Shown: positions 27,476 to 37,233 of the stretch, piece after piece | Numbering within the stretch: position 1 is the stretch's first letter | How the letters are laid out: each line of letters starts with the position of its first letter | Assembly (NCBI GenBank): GCA_001824295.1 | Contig: MHWY01000003.1 | Coordinates: 1 to 59,065, forward strand | Length of the DNA stretch: 59,065 bases | Direction of reading: 5' to 3' | Source of the DNA: Candidatus Zambryskibacteria bacterium RIFOXYD1_FULL_40_13 | Lineage (GTDB): Bacteria > Patescibacteriota > Minisyncoccia > Phycocordibacterales > DATDWN01 | The notes under the pieces: model-generated | What the model was told of the DNA's origin: nothing | The model's input: the letters and a program-made list of their open reading frames with translations, nothing else | Database searches by the model: none | Made by a program: the position numbers and the translations under genes

Positions 27476-27799
27476 TTATCCCTGGTTTAACAGGTTATCA
27501 ATTTTTTGTCGGTTTTTTTCTCCAGAATCCAAGGCAAAATCCATTTGTGGGATTCTACCAAGTCTTGAGTTTTCCTTAATATACTCCTTGAATTCGCTTC
27601 TTTTTCTCTTAGCAAACTCAAGAGCGGTCTTCTCAAAACTATCTGGAAATACCGTAAAAAGAATAGTAGCATATTTTCCATCTCTCGTTAAATTAACACC
27701 AGTTACTGTTATAAGTGAGGAACCATTTCCGTTTAGTGATAAGAAGCGTGCACCCAAATCATGAAGTATCTCTTTTATTTTTTCGTTTCTATTTGCCAT
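27476..27799 (-). CDS. rbfA: Ribosome-binding factor A
   Basis: LITVTGV.LT.D.KYA, RIPQMDFALD; follows infB. Confidence 0.88.
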   Translation of the reverse strand: MANRNEKIKEILHDLGARFLSLNGNGSSLITVTGVNLTRDGKYATILFTVFPDSFEKTALEFAKRKRSEFKEYIKENSRLGRIPQMDFALDSGEKNRQKIDNLLNQG

Positions 27800-27800
27800 C

Positions 27801-29315
27801 TTATTTTTCAGTAATCACAAAACTTTCTATATAATCTCCTGGTGCTATTTCAGTATCAGAAACAATCATCGTTCCAAACTCTCCCTTTGTCACTTCCTTG
27901 GTTGCTACTTTTTGTTGCTGAAGTTCTCTAACCCTGCCTTCACCTATTGATTCGTCTCTGCGGATTATTTTTACTTGTGAACCCAGTGAGATTTCTCCTT
28001 TCTCCACCCTTGCCCCTAATATTTGTTTATCTTTAACCTTACTAAAGATTTTCAAAACTTTTACTGTTCCCAGTGATTCAGCAACCTTAATTTTTGGTGT
28101 GCGTGTTTCCAAGGCTTCCTTTAGCCACTCATTCATCTTATATATTATTTCAAAAGTTTTGATTTCTGTCTCATTTCTTTCTGCAAGGTTTTTGGCCGGA
28201 GAATCAATCTTAACATTGAAGCCAATAACTATTGCTTTTTCTTTGCCACCCGCCTGTCTCACATCGTTTTCGGAGATTGTTCCTATTCCACAACAAATAA
28301 CGTTTGCCGACATTCTTTCTGTTTTCAATTTTTTTATTTCTGATATTAATGCCTCTAAACTACTTCCAGTATCTGCCTTAACGATTATTGAAATACTATT
28401 TGTTGATGGGGTAGAATCATCAGGACTGTTTTGAGAATCACCATGACAAAGCAACCTAACACTTTTTTCTTTCTCTATTTTTTCGCGAGCATCCTCACGA
28501 TTTTTGTGAGATACAAATGTGTCACCAACTAAAGGTAGCTCATCCCAGCCAATAATTTTAATAGGGGAGGAGAAAGAAGCCTTGTCTAATTGTTTACCTA
28601 GATAGTTTTCCATTATCCGAACCGGGGCTGTGGCAAGGCCGGAGGTGATATACATACCTTTTTCTATTGTGCCGTTTTTAATAATACAGGTGGCAGAAAT
28701 ACCCTTTTTTATATCCATATTGCTTTCAATTACCATACCAGAAGCTGGGACAGTTTGGTCCCCAGTTAGGCTTTCCATCTCAGCTACTAGTGCAATCATA
28801 TCCAGTAGTTCTGGTACACCTTCACCACTCTTAGCTGAAAGAGCTACAGATGGAATATCTCCTCCATAACCCTCAACATAGACACCATTTTCAGCCAAAC
28901 TTTGTTTGGTTTTTTCAACGTTTGCTTCCGGTTTATCTATTTTGTTGATTGCGATAATGAACGGAGTGTTTGAGTTCTTGATTGAGGAAAGGGCTTCCAT
29001 GGTTTGTGGTTTGACTCCATCTTCTGCTGATACAACAAGCACAACCACGTCGGCCACAGAAGCGCCTCTTTTTCTTATTCCGTTGAAGGCTTCATGTCCG
29101 GGTGTATCAACAAAAGTGATACCATATTTTTTTCCTTCCTTTGAAACATATTCAACTTCGTAAGCAGAAATATGTTGAGTGATTCCACCCGCCTCGTTTA
29201 ACGGCTCGTTACTTTTGCGTATATAGGAAAGGAGAGTTGATTTTCCGTGATCAATGTGACCCATTATTGCCACGACAGGTCCGCGCTCTATTGTGTTCGA
29301 ATTCTGATTTTGCAT
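27801..29315 (-). CDS. infB: Translation initiation factor IF-2 (short, no N-terminal domain)
   Basis: GHIDHGKS, EAGGITQHI, DTPGHEAF, NKID. Confidence 0.96.
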   Translation of the reverse strand: MQNQNSNTIERGPVVAIMGHIDHGKSTLLSYIRKSNEPLNEAGGITQHISAYEVEYVSKEGKKYGITFVDTPGHEAFNGIRKRGASVADVVVLVVSAEDGVKPQTMEALSSIKNSNTPFIIAINKIDKPEANVEKTKQSLAENGVYVEGYGGDIPSVALSAKSGEGVPELLDMIALVAEMESLTGDQTVPASGMVIESNMDIKKGISATCIIKNGTIEKGMYITSGLATAPVRIMENYLGKQLDKASFSSPIKIIGWDELPLVGDTFVSHKNREDAREKIEKEKSVRLLCHGDSQNSPDDSTPSTNSISIIVKADTGSSLEALISEIKKLKTERMSANVICCGIGTISENDVRQAGGKEKAIVIGFNVKIDSPAKNLAERNETEIKTFEIIYKMNEWLKEALETRTPKIKVAESLGTVKVLKIFSKVKDKQILGARVEKGEISLGSQVKIIRRDESIGEGRVRELQQQKVATKEVTKGEFGTMIVSDTEIAPGDYIESFVITEK

Positions 29316-29343
29316 TGTGGTAATTGATTAAGTCCATGTAAAA

Positions 29344-29814
29344 TTATTTACCTAGATTTTTTTTAGCTCCCAGCACCACCTCTTTTTCCTCTTCCGTTAA
29401 TTCGAAACTGCTTTCAAACTTGGATAGTGGTTTAGAAAATATACTGACTCTGTCTCTGGAATATAGACTAGAAATAACTACTCCATCGCCTTTTTCACTA
29501 AGAAATGAAGTCGAGAAGCTCTGGCTTCCTCCTTCACCTGTGCCCTTGAATGGATTGAAACGAATTGTCTCAACTGCCTGTATACTGCGGTTTACACGTT
29601 TCTCTACATCAATAAAATATTGAATAGATTCTCTCTGAAACTCATTCAGTTTATCTAGGTTGTCATGTGCGGATACGATGGAATCTTCCAGAGACCTAGC
29701 ATTCTTTCCACGCAAGAGTTTATACATTTTTATTTCAATGCGCACAAGCCACCCAATAAGTATTACAATACATAGTATTAGACCATATGTAACAAATAGA
29801 GGATTAGAAAGCAT
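29344..29814 (-). CDS. DUF4446-like membrane protein
   Basis: N-terminal TM; 'IRFNPF...GG.QSFS..FL...GDGVVISSLYSR...FSKP.....S...L..EE'. Confidence 0.75.
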   Translation of the reverse strand: MLSNPLFVTYGLILCIVILIGWLVRIEIKMYKLLRGKNARSLEDSIVSAHDNLDKLNEFQRESIQYFIDVEKRVNRSIQAVETIRFNPFKGTGEGGSQSFSTSFLSEKGDGVVISSLYSRDRVSIFSKPLSKFESSFELTEEEKEVVLGAKKNLGK

Positions 29815-29859
29815 GCTGTGATTATTGCACAAATAGTTGTCTTTTGCAAAAAAATCTCC

Positions 29860-30044
29860 GTCATAATTTTCTGAGGACGCGCATATTCGCCTGGTGGCGA
29901 ATTGCTATGCTCGTCAATCAAGAAAACAATGCACTCTAGAGACACGGCTTCCCGGCAAACTCGCTACGCTCAAACAGTGCCTCCAGCCGGCTCTCTCGTG
30001 CTTGTTTTCTAATTGACTGCGCAATGTCCTCAGAAAATTATGAC
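29860..30044. repeat. 185-bp nested hairpin element
   Basis: gtcataattttctgaggac ... gtcctcagaaaattatgac with nested stems. Confidence 0.75.
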
Positions 30045-30149
30045 TTCGAAAACTGAGGGTCTGGTATAAAACAAAACTCTCAGCCAATAGACTGAGAGTT
30101 TTGTTTTGTTGAGTAGTAAAATAAAAATTAATTCTTAACGTTCATTTTA

Positions 30150-30572
30150 CTACTCCTCATCAAGAAACTTGATGAGAGAGATTTTGAGAGTTCTGGGATT
30201 TACGTCCATGAGCTCACAACGACAGGACGGGGTTGCAACACACAATGTTGCGGGGCAGAGAAGTGGTCTAGAGTATTTTTTTATCTGGAGGATTTCGGTT
30301 ATTATCACCCCAGATTCTAGTACTCGATCATGTTTGCCTTTGATCTTATTTTGGCATTGCTCAAGTTCCACTTGGGCAATATGCCGGGCGTGATTATGAC
30401 TAGTCGCCTCGACGTCAACATGGACGGTCTCTGATTCATACCCCTCGTAATCTACCGTTTCCCAGTGTGCACGGCATCTTGTGTCAGAGTATGGCAAGAA
30501 ACCTTCTTCCAGCCACTTCTTCTCTGAGTACACGAACCGACACCAGGTATTCATGATGATTCTGTATTTCAT
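30150..30572 (-). CDS. Hypothetical protein (orphan cassette)
   Basis: TTGACA-17-TATAAT (30652-30624), AGGAGG SD. Confidence 0.6.
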   Translation of the reverse strand: MKYRIIMNTWCRFVYSEKKWLEEGFLPYSDTRCRAHWETVDYEGYESETVHVDVEATSHNHARHIAQVELEQCQNKIKGKHDRVLESGVIITEILQIKKYSRPLLCPATLCVATPSCRCELMDVNPRTLKISLIKFLDEE

Positions 30573-30689
30573 CACACCCTCCTGTTTTGGCAAGGAACCA
30601 TTCCTTACCATTTTCTAATCAGAATTATACACCCAGTAGACACAAATGTCAAGGTTTTGGTGACAGGTCAAAACATATATACTTACAGC

Positions 30690-31541
30690 ATGTATGATGC
30701 TCAAAGAAAGGAATTATTGCTAAACACATTGAATTATTTTATTCACGGGCGAAAATCATTATCTTTTCTTAATTTGCTTTTTGTTTTGGATTCTTTTCGT
30801 TTTTTGGGTGAAAAAATTCCGGAGATTGAAACCATTTTGGAAGAATTTAATAGTATTCAATCTGATGATGGAACATGGAAAACCGGCCACGAACACTATG
30901 TGCCAATTACTGCTCAAGCTTTTATGTTCTATAAACACATTGGTGCCGTGCCAAAGAAGTCGTTAGAGCCATTTCTATTAAGCATTGATACTTGGGAAAA
31001 AACTCTAGCTCACAATGAAAAATATGAACCTGGAAATTATTGGGGTGGACTTTGGGGTTATGTGGGGTGCTTTGTTGCAGTTGGTCAGAGACCACCATGG
31101 GTAGATAAATTTATTGAAGAAATGCACAGCAGGTTTGGCGAGTGGTCTTCTGACAACCACCAGCGTAGTCATGTGGTCATCTCTCTTGGTCAGTTGGGTG
31201 AATCAATACCGCAGGTCAAAAAACTTATCGACATAACAATTAAAGATCAAATGTCAGACGGTAGATGGACAGCAGAAGATTGGAATCCCGCTGTTCCACA
31301 AACTGCCTTTGGGATTTCAACTCTCAAAATTTTAGATAAAGAGAAACGACCTAAAGTAAATGATGCAATTGAGCGAGGGCTTACATTTATGGAATCCTGT
31401 TTTAAGATAGTTGATTGGAAGGGAAGAAAGTGTGGCGGATATTCAGAAAATCCAGATGATAAGAGCCCCGACGCACTTGCAACATCTATTGCTATCGGGG
31501 CACAACTATCATCATTACAAATAGAAGAGTGGATGAAATAA
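30690..31541 (+). CDS. Prenyltransferase/squalene-oxidase repeat (alpha/alpha barrel) protein
   Basis: QW-like repeats 'IQSDDGTW' and 'DQMSDGRW', 'AIERGLTFM'. Confidence 0.55.
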   Translation: MYDAQRKELLLNTLNYFIHGRKSLSFLNLLFVLDSFRFLGEKIPEIETILEEFNSIQSDDGTWKTGHEHYVPITAQAFMFYKHIGAVPKKSLEPFLLSIDTWEKTLAHNEKYEPGNYWGGLWGYVGCFVAVGQRPPWVDKFIEEMHSRFGEWSSDNHQRSHVVISLGQLGESIPQVKKLIDITIKDQMSDGRWTAEDWNPAVPQTAFGISTLKILDKEKRPKVNDAIERGLTFMESCFKIVDWKGRKCGGYSENPDDKSPDALATSIAIGAQLSSLQIEEWMK

Positions 31542-31625
31542 AGTTTTGAATAATCGGCGTTTTGCAAAATGTTCTAATGTGTAGTAAATTGAAATCTCTA
31601 AGTTGCAGATTGGGTTTGCTTAAAT

Positions 31626-32807
31626 ATGTTTTTTAAAAAAAATAAAAAAAGAATATTTTTGGACTATGCATCACTTACGCCAATTGACGAAAATGTCTTG
31701 GCCAAAATGAAACAAGTCCAAAAGAAGACATTTGCAAACCCATCAGCACTCTACGGAGAGGCACTCATAGCAAGAGACATAATAAAAGAATCAAGAGAAA
31801 AAATTGCCAAAATACTTCACTCGCAGAAAGAGGAGATTTTTTTCACAAGCGGTGGTACGGAGTCAAACAATCTAGCCTTATTAGGAATTTATGAATTTTG
31901 TACAAGGTTCCACCTTGTATCAGGGAAGCCACACATAATAACTACGACCATAGAACACCCGGCCATATTGGAAGTATGTAAGGAGATAGAAGAGAGAGGC
32001 GGAGAGGTGACGTATCTATCTGTTTCAGAGGATGGACTTGTCTCTCTCACGGATGTTCGCAACGCTCTAAAAGAAAATACTATTTTAGTTACTGTCTCAT
32101 ATGCCAACAATGAGATAGGTACTGTACAGCCAATTCATGATATTGGCAGAGTGATAAAGGACTTTAGGCAAAAAAATAGTACAAAATTTCCATATTTTCA
32201 CACTGATGCCTGTCAGGCAGGTTTATATCTTCCGTTAGACGTCTTGAAACTTGGTGTGGATATGATGACCTTGGATGGAATAAAAATGTATGGACCTAGA
32301 AATGTGGGGCTTCTGTATGTTAAATCAGGAGTAGAGATTTCTCCCGTCATATTTGGAGGTGGTCAGGAGAAAGGCAAGAGAAGTGGAACAGAGAATACTG
32401 CTGGGATAGCTGGCCTGGCCACCGCATTTGAAATTGCAGAAAAGATGAGGGAGAAAGAGGTTGAAAGAGTTGGCGCTATTCGTGACTACGGTATAAAACA
32501 CCTTCTCAAGTCCTTTAGCGACTCAACAATAAACGGTTCTATTGAACATCGCCTACCGAATAATATTAATATTTGTTTTCCCGACCTAGATGCAGAATTT
32601 GCCGTTGTTTTTCTGGATGTTTGGGGCGTCTCCGCTTCGTATTCTTCTTCTTGTCGGACACTGAAAGAAGACTCATCCTCTTATGTTATAAAAAGTATTG
32701 GTAAAGAGAAATGTGGAGAATCAAGTTTGCGATTTACCCTTGGAAGAGAAAGCAAAAAAAGTGATATAGATACATTGATAAAGATACTAAAAAGGGTAGT
32801 GAAGTAG
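31626..32807 (+). CDS. Cysteine desulfurase (IscS/NifS class)
   Basis: FLDYASLTP, FTSGGTESNN, NNEIGT, HTDACQ, K.YGP, RSGTEN, S..SSC. Confidence 0.92.
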   Translation: MFFKKNKKRIFLDYASLTPIDENVLAKMKQVQKKTFANPSALYGEALIARDIIKESREKIAKILHSQKEEIFFTSGGTESNNLALLGIYEFCTRFHLVSGKPHIITTTIEHPAILEVCKEIEERGGEVTYLSVSEDGLVSLTDVRNALKENTILVTVSYANNEIGTVQPIHDIGRVIKDFRQKNSTKFPYFHTDACQAGLYLPLDVLKLGVDMMTLDGIKMYGPRNVGLLYVKSGVEISPVIFGGGQEKGKRSGTENTAGIAGLATAFEIAEKMREKEVERVGAIRDYGIKHLLKSFSDSTINGSIEHRLPNNINICFPDLDAEFAVVFLDVWGVSASYSSSCRTLKEDSSSYVIKSIGKEKCGESSLRFTLGRESKKSDIDTLIKILKRVVK

Positions 32808-32866
32808 GGCGTGATTGCACCCGTATCTTCTCGGTGCTACAATTTCATCATTAAGCTCAATTATCT

Positions 32867-33700
32867 ATGGAAGACCTAAATAAAAATCAGATTATTTTGT
32901 TGGTATTACTTATCAGTTTTGTGACATCTATTGCCACTGGTATTATGACGACCGCTCTTCTTCAGGAAGCGCCTATCGAGGTTACTAGAAACATAAACAG
33001 AATTGTGGAAAAAACTATTGAGACAGTTACCACACCAACAAACATAACCACCCCAGGGCAGAAGGAGGTCACAACAGTGGTTGTAAAAGAAGAAGATTTG
33101 ATAATGAGTTCAATTGATAAAAATGTAAAAAGTATTGTTCGTATAACAGAAAAGGATTCGGTTACTGGAGTTGTTAATTTTTTTGGTTTGGGTTTGGTGA
33201 TAAACAAAGAGGGCTTCATAGTCGCTGATAGAAAAATGATGACAGTCGGTAACACATATTCAGTAAAAATGAGTGATGACACCGAATTCTCACTTGCTCC
33301 ACAGAATCTAGATAAGCAAACAAATTTTGCTATGTTCAAAGTTGTTAAACCTGAGAAAAGTACGTACAACTTTGTGTCGGCCACGCTCGCAGATAATGAA
33401 CCGAAACTTGGTCAGACATTAACCAGTCTCAGTGGAGAAACAAACAACTCGGTTTCAGTTGGAAGAGTAGTTTCTCTTATAATGAAAGAGTCAGGGACGG
33501 GGACATCTACAGTAAGATTTCTTGATGCTATAAACACAGACATCACTTCTGGCAATTTGCTCGTAGGAAGTCCCGCTTTTAACCTCTCAGGTGATGTGGT
33601 TGGAATCAAACTTTCTTCTGATTTGTCCAAATCTTTCACCCCAATCTCGGTTTTAAGGAAGGAACTTGGTGTCTTGATGGAATCTCCCAAAACTCAATAG
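32867..33700 (+). CDS. Membrane-anchored trypsin-like (HtrA-fold) protein, probably inactive
   Basis: G.G.VI...GFIV, LGQ, INTD, 'GSPAFNLSGDVVGI'; catalytic His and Ser motifs absent. Confidence 0.65.
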   Translation: MEDLNKNQIILLVLLISFVTSIATGIMTTALLQEAPIEVTRNINRIVEKTIETVTTPTNITTPGQKEVTTVVVKEEDLIMSSIDKNVKSIVRITEKDSVTGVVNFFGLGLVINKEGFIVADRKMMTVGNTYSVKMSDDTEFSLAPQNLDKQTNFAMFKVVKPEKSTYNFVSATLADNEPKLGQTLTSLSGETNNSVSVGRVVSLIMKESGTGTSTVRFLDAINTDITSGNLLVGSPAFNLSGDVVGIKLSSDLSKSFTPISVLRKELGVLMESPKTQ

Positions 33701-33757
33701 TTTATAAAATTCCCAAATTTGACTCTGGCTAATAATAAGGCTATAATACAGCCAATT

Positions 33758-36433
33758 ATGCCACCGATTAATCATTTTACGACAAAAGCAAAGGAAGCAA
33801 TTCGTAGGGCCCATGAGCTGGCTATTGAGCGTGGCCAAAGTCATGTCAATTCACTGCATTTACTGACCGCTCTGATTCTCCAGGAGGAGGGAATTGTCAC
33901 TTCTATCTTAGATAAAATGGAAATAGATTCCATTCTTTTAACCGATTCACTTATTGAGGCCATAGAAGGTTCGGATGCAGGACAAACTCTTTCGGCTTCG
34001 TATCAGGTTTATCTTACGCCAGACTTAGCTGGGGTTTTAGAGGGTTCAGTAAAACAAACGCCAATACTTGGTGATGATTTTGTTTCTACCGAACATCTTT
34101 TCTTGGCCCTTATTGATGTCACAAGTCCAGCCAAAGATTTGTTGATGAAATTTAAAATCCAAAAGGATGCTGTTCTTCGTGTCATTGAGGAAATAAGGAG
34201 CGTAAAAACTACCAACACTGACTTGCCAAAGAAATTTAAGTCACTGACAAAATATACAAGGAATCTGACAAAGCTCGCAAGCATGAATAAGCTTGATCCA
34301 GTAATCGGAAGAGATGATGAGATAGGACGCATCATGCAGATTCTTTCTCGCAGAACAAAAAACAATCCGATTTTGATAGGAGAAGCTGGTGTGGGCAAGA
34401 CTGCTATCGTTGAAGGCTTGGCTATCAGAATATCAATGGGTGAAGTACCAGAATCACTTCGTGATAAGGAACTCGTTTCTCTGGATTTAGGTCTCTTGGT
34501 TGCTGGTACAAAGTATCGTGGCGAGTTTGAGGAAAGATTGAAAAATATATTGAAAGAAATAGAAAAATCAGACGGCAAAATAATCTTGTTTGTTGACGAG
34601 ATTCACACCATAGTTGGTGCTGGTTCTGCCGAGGGGTCACTTGATGCTTCAAACATGTTAAAGCCCGCTTTAGCTCGTGGTGAGCTTCGTGCCATCGGTG
34701 CTACAACCCTCAAGGAATACCAGAAACATATTGAGAAAGACCCCGCACTTTCAAGAAGATTTCAGCCGGTGTATGTAAATGAGCCAAGTATAGAAGACGC
34801 AATAACTATTCTTCGAGGGCTTAAGGAAAAATATGAACTCTATCATGGGGTTCGTATAACAGATGAGGCTATTATTTCTGCTGTAAACCTTTCAAGTAGA
34901 TATATTTCTGACAGATTTCTTCCAGACAAAGCCGTTGACCTTATAGATGAATCAGCTTCTTATCTGAAGATTGCTTTGGAAAACAAGCCACCTGTATTAC
35001 AGAGTGCCCACTCCAAAATAGTAAAACTTCAGATAGAACATGAGGCACTGAAAAAGGAAACAGACATGAAATCCAAAACTCGCATTAAGGATATAGAAAA
35101 GGCAGTTGCAGACCTTAAGGAAGAAACCGGAGAACTTGAGCTCAAGTGGAACAATGAAAAGGAAACAGTAAACGATATTAAAAACATCAAGAAACAACTT
35201 GAGGAGTTTCGTCGTGAGGCAGAGGTGGCAGAAGCCAAATCAGACTTAGCTCTTGCAGCTGAAATCAGATACGGGAAAATTCCATTACTGGAAAAAGATT
35301 TAGATGGGAAATCAAAGAGACTGAAGAAGCTTCAAAGTTCAAGGAGGATTTTGAAGGAAGAAATAACTGAAAATGATATAGCCATGATTGTTTCCAGGTG
35401 GACAGGTATTCCTGTTACAAGGATGTTAGAAGAGGAGGCAGATAAATTAAATCGCATGGAAGATGTGTTGCAGAAAACTATTGTTGGACAGAAAGAGGCA
35501 GTGCAGAAAATATCCGATACTATCAAGAGAAGTCGTGCGGGTATCTCCGATCCAAACCGACCAATAGGCTCTTTCTTGTTCCTTGGGCCCACTGGTGTTG
35601 GAAAAACAGAACTGACAAAGGCTTTGGCTCAGTTTATGTTCAACGATGAGAAATCACTTATCAGAATAGACATGTCTGAGTTTATGGAGAAGCACAGTGT
35701 GTCAAAAATACTTGGTGCTCCTCCAGGATATGTCGGGCATGAGGAGGGTGGAACTATAACCGAAATGGTTCGTCATAGACCATACTCTGTTATTCTTTTT
35801 GACGAGGTAGAGAAAGCGCATCCTGAGGTGTTCAATGTTTTACTGCAGATTCTTGACAACGGCAGGCTGACCGACGCAAAAGGAAGGGTTGTAAACTTTA
35901 GAAACACAGTTATTATCCTAACCTCAAACATCGGTTCTCAATATGTAGATAAAATGGAAAAGATAGGTTTTGCTTCCGGGGGCAGTGAAAAAGCAGTTTA
36001 TGAAGATGCAAAAGCAAGAGTAATGGGGGCTCTAAAGGATCACTTCCGACCAGAGTTTCTTAACCGCCTGGATGACATCGTGGTGTTCGATATATTGAGT
36101 CGTGAAGCTGTAGCTGAAATAGTTAAAATTCAAGTAGAAATAGTGCGCGAGAGATTGGCGCAAAAGGAAATCAAATTAATCCTTTCTTCTTCTGTTCTAA
36201 GTTATCTTGCAAGTGAAGGTTATAGTCCTCAGTATGGTGCAAGACCACTGAAGCGTCTAATACAGACAAAAATACTGACACCAATCGCCTCCCTTATGAT
36301 TAGTAAGGGTCTCTCTAAGGGCGGCTCAATATCTGTAGATATGAAGGGTGGAGAGCTTACATTCAATGTAAAGAAAGGTAGGAATGGTTCGTTTGTGGCG
36401 AATTCGTTTGTCCAGGATGGAGCCTTGGCATAG
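33758..36433 (+). CDS. clpB: ATP-dependent chaperone ClpB
   Basis: Two AAA modules ([16 protein letters not shown]), long middle domain with AAEIRYG, GARPLKR. Confidence 0.95.
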   Translation: MPPINHFTTKAKEAIRRAHELAIERGQSHVNSLHLLTALILQEEGIVTSILDKMEIDSILLTDSLIEAIEGSDAGQTLSASYQVYLTPDLAGVLEGSVKQTPILGDDFVSTEHLFLALIDVTSPAKDLLMKFKIQKDAVLRVIEEIRSVKTTNTDLPKKFKSLTKYTRNLTKLASMNKLDPVIGRDDEIGRIMQILSRRTKNNPILIGEAGVGKTAIVEGLAIRISMGEVPESLRDKELVSLDLGLLVAGTKYRGEFEERLKNILKEIEKSDGKIILFVDEIHTIVGAGSAEGSLDASNMLKPALARGELRAIGATTLKEYQKHIEKDPALSRRFQPVYVNEPSIEDAITILRGLKEKYELYHGVRITDEAIISAVNLSSRYISDRFLPDKAVDLIDESASYLKIALENKPPVLQSAHSKIVKLQIEHEALKKETDMKSKTRIKDIEKAVADLKEETGELELKWNNEKETVNDIKNIKKQLEEFRREAEVAEAKSDLALAAEIRYGKIPLLEKDLDGKSKRLKKLQSSRRILKEEITENDIAMIVSRWTGIPVTRMLEEEADKLNRMEDVLQKTIVGQKEAVQKISDTIKRSRAGISDPNRPIGSFLFLGPTGVGKTELTKALAQFMFNDEKSLIRIDMSEFMEKHSVSKILGAPPGYVGHEEGGTITEMVRHRPYSVILFDEVEKAHPEVFNVLLQILDNGRLTDAKGRVVNFRNTVIILTSNIGSQYVDKMEKIGFASGGSEKAVYEDAKARVMGALKDHFRPEFLNRLDDIVVFDILSREAVAEIVKIQVEIVRERLAQKEIKLILSSSVLSYLASEGYSPQYGARPLKRLIQTKILTPIASLMISKGLSKGGSISVDMKGGELTFNVKKGRNGSFVANSFVQDGALA

Positions 36434-36471
36434 ACCACTTTCTTGTGTTAAAGTGTTTAAGTTAGAAAAAT

Positions 36472-36554
36472 GCGTCGGTGGTGGAGTGGTCTATCACAAC
36501 AGACTGTAAATCTGTCGCCTTCGGGCTTCGTTGGTTCGAATCCAACCCGGCGCA
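36472..36554 (+). tRNA. tRNA-Tyr(GTA)
   Basis: ACAGA-CTGTAAA-TCTGT, variable arm, GTTCGAA. Confidence 0.94.
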
Positions 36555-36634
36555 CAAAAATATCCCCGGAAGGGGATTTTCTTGCTTTTTTACGGTTTTT
36601 TGCTATGCTGTAGGAACTTAATTAAAATACAAAT

Positions 36635-36790
36635 ATGTCACAAGATAGATTAATACAACTAAAGAATAAGGAATCCAAGGAGGTTTATTGGACTTCAAAG
36701 AATAAGAAAAAAGTTGAGCGAAAAATAGAGCTCAAGAAATACAGCAAGAAACTTCGAAAGCGGATTACATTCAAGGAAGCTAAAAAATAA
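36635..36790 (+). CDS. rpmG: 50S ribosomal protein L33, Cys-free type (not in ORF track)
   Basis: MSQDRLIQLKNKESKEVYWTSKNKKKVERKIELKKYSKKLRKRITFKEAKK. Confidence 0.9.
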   Translation: MSQDRLIQLKNKESKEVYWTSKNKKKVERKIELKKYSKKLRKRITFKEAKK

Positions 36791-36844
36791 AGATAAACAA
36801 AAACTCGCCATACAGGCGATTTTTTGTTATATTTGAATACGTTA

Positions 36845-36915
36845 GGGGGATTAGTTAAGTGGCATAACAGCGCTCTCCAAAAGCACTGTCGGGAGTTCGA
36901 TTCTTCCATCCCCCG
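36845..36915 (+). tRNA. tRNA-Trp(CCA)
   Basis: GGGGGAT...ATCCCCCG; anticodon loop CTCCAAA. Confidence 0.9.
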
Positions 36916-37006
36916 CAGAAAACGCAGTTTTGTGCTAAGAAAAAAATTTTTATAAAAATAACCGCCCGGCCGAGACGCGATGTCTCGGGGGGCGGGATGC
37001 ACCAGG

Positions 37007-37168
37007 CTAGTTCCTGGGACCAGACGACTTAGCGTCACAGACGGCGCACTCGTGCGAGGTTGTGACGGCGACTCCTTCACCGCATGTCCGACAATCCTCA
37101 TTGCGCGAGGGTGTCGGAGGGGGTGCTGGGGGTTGGGCTGACGGCGACTGCGTGAGGGTGGTCGGCAT
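37007..37168 (-). CDS. 53-aa Pro-rich zinc-ribbon microprotein (not in ORF track)
   Basis: GGAG SD; MPTTLTQSPSAQPPAPPPTPSRNEDCRTCGEGVAVTTSHECAVCDAKSSGPRN; terminator hairpin ~36962-36996. Confidence 0.55.
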   Translation of the reverse strand: MPTTLTQSPSAQPPAPPPTPSRNEDCRTCGEGVAVTTSHECAVCDAKSSGPRN

Positions 37169-37233
37169 CGTGGGTTCTCCAGTGATATTAAATCACACAC
37201 GGTGCGATAATTCAACCACCAGGTTTTCAGGAT

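Noticed and set aside
36685-37215. 176-aa minus ORF
   Set aside because: It overlaps rpmG and tRNA-Trp; the shorter SD-led frame 37007-37168 is more plausible.
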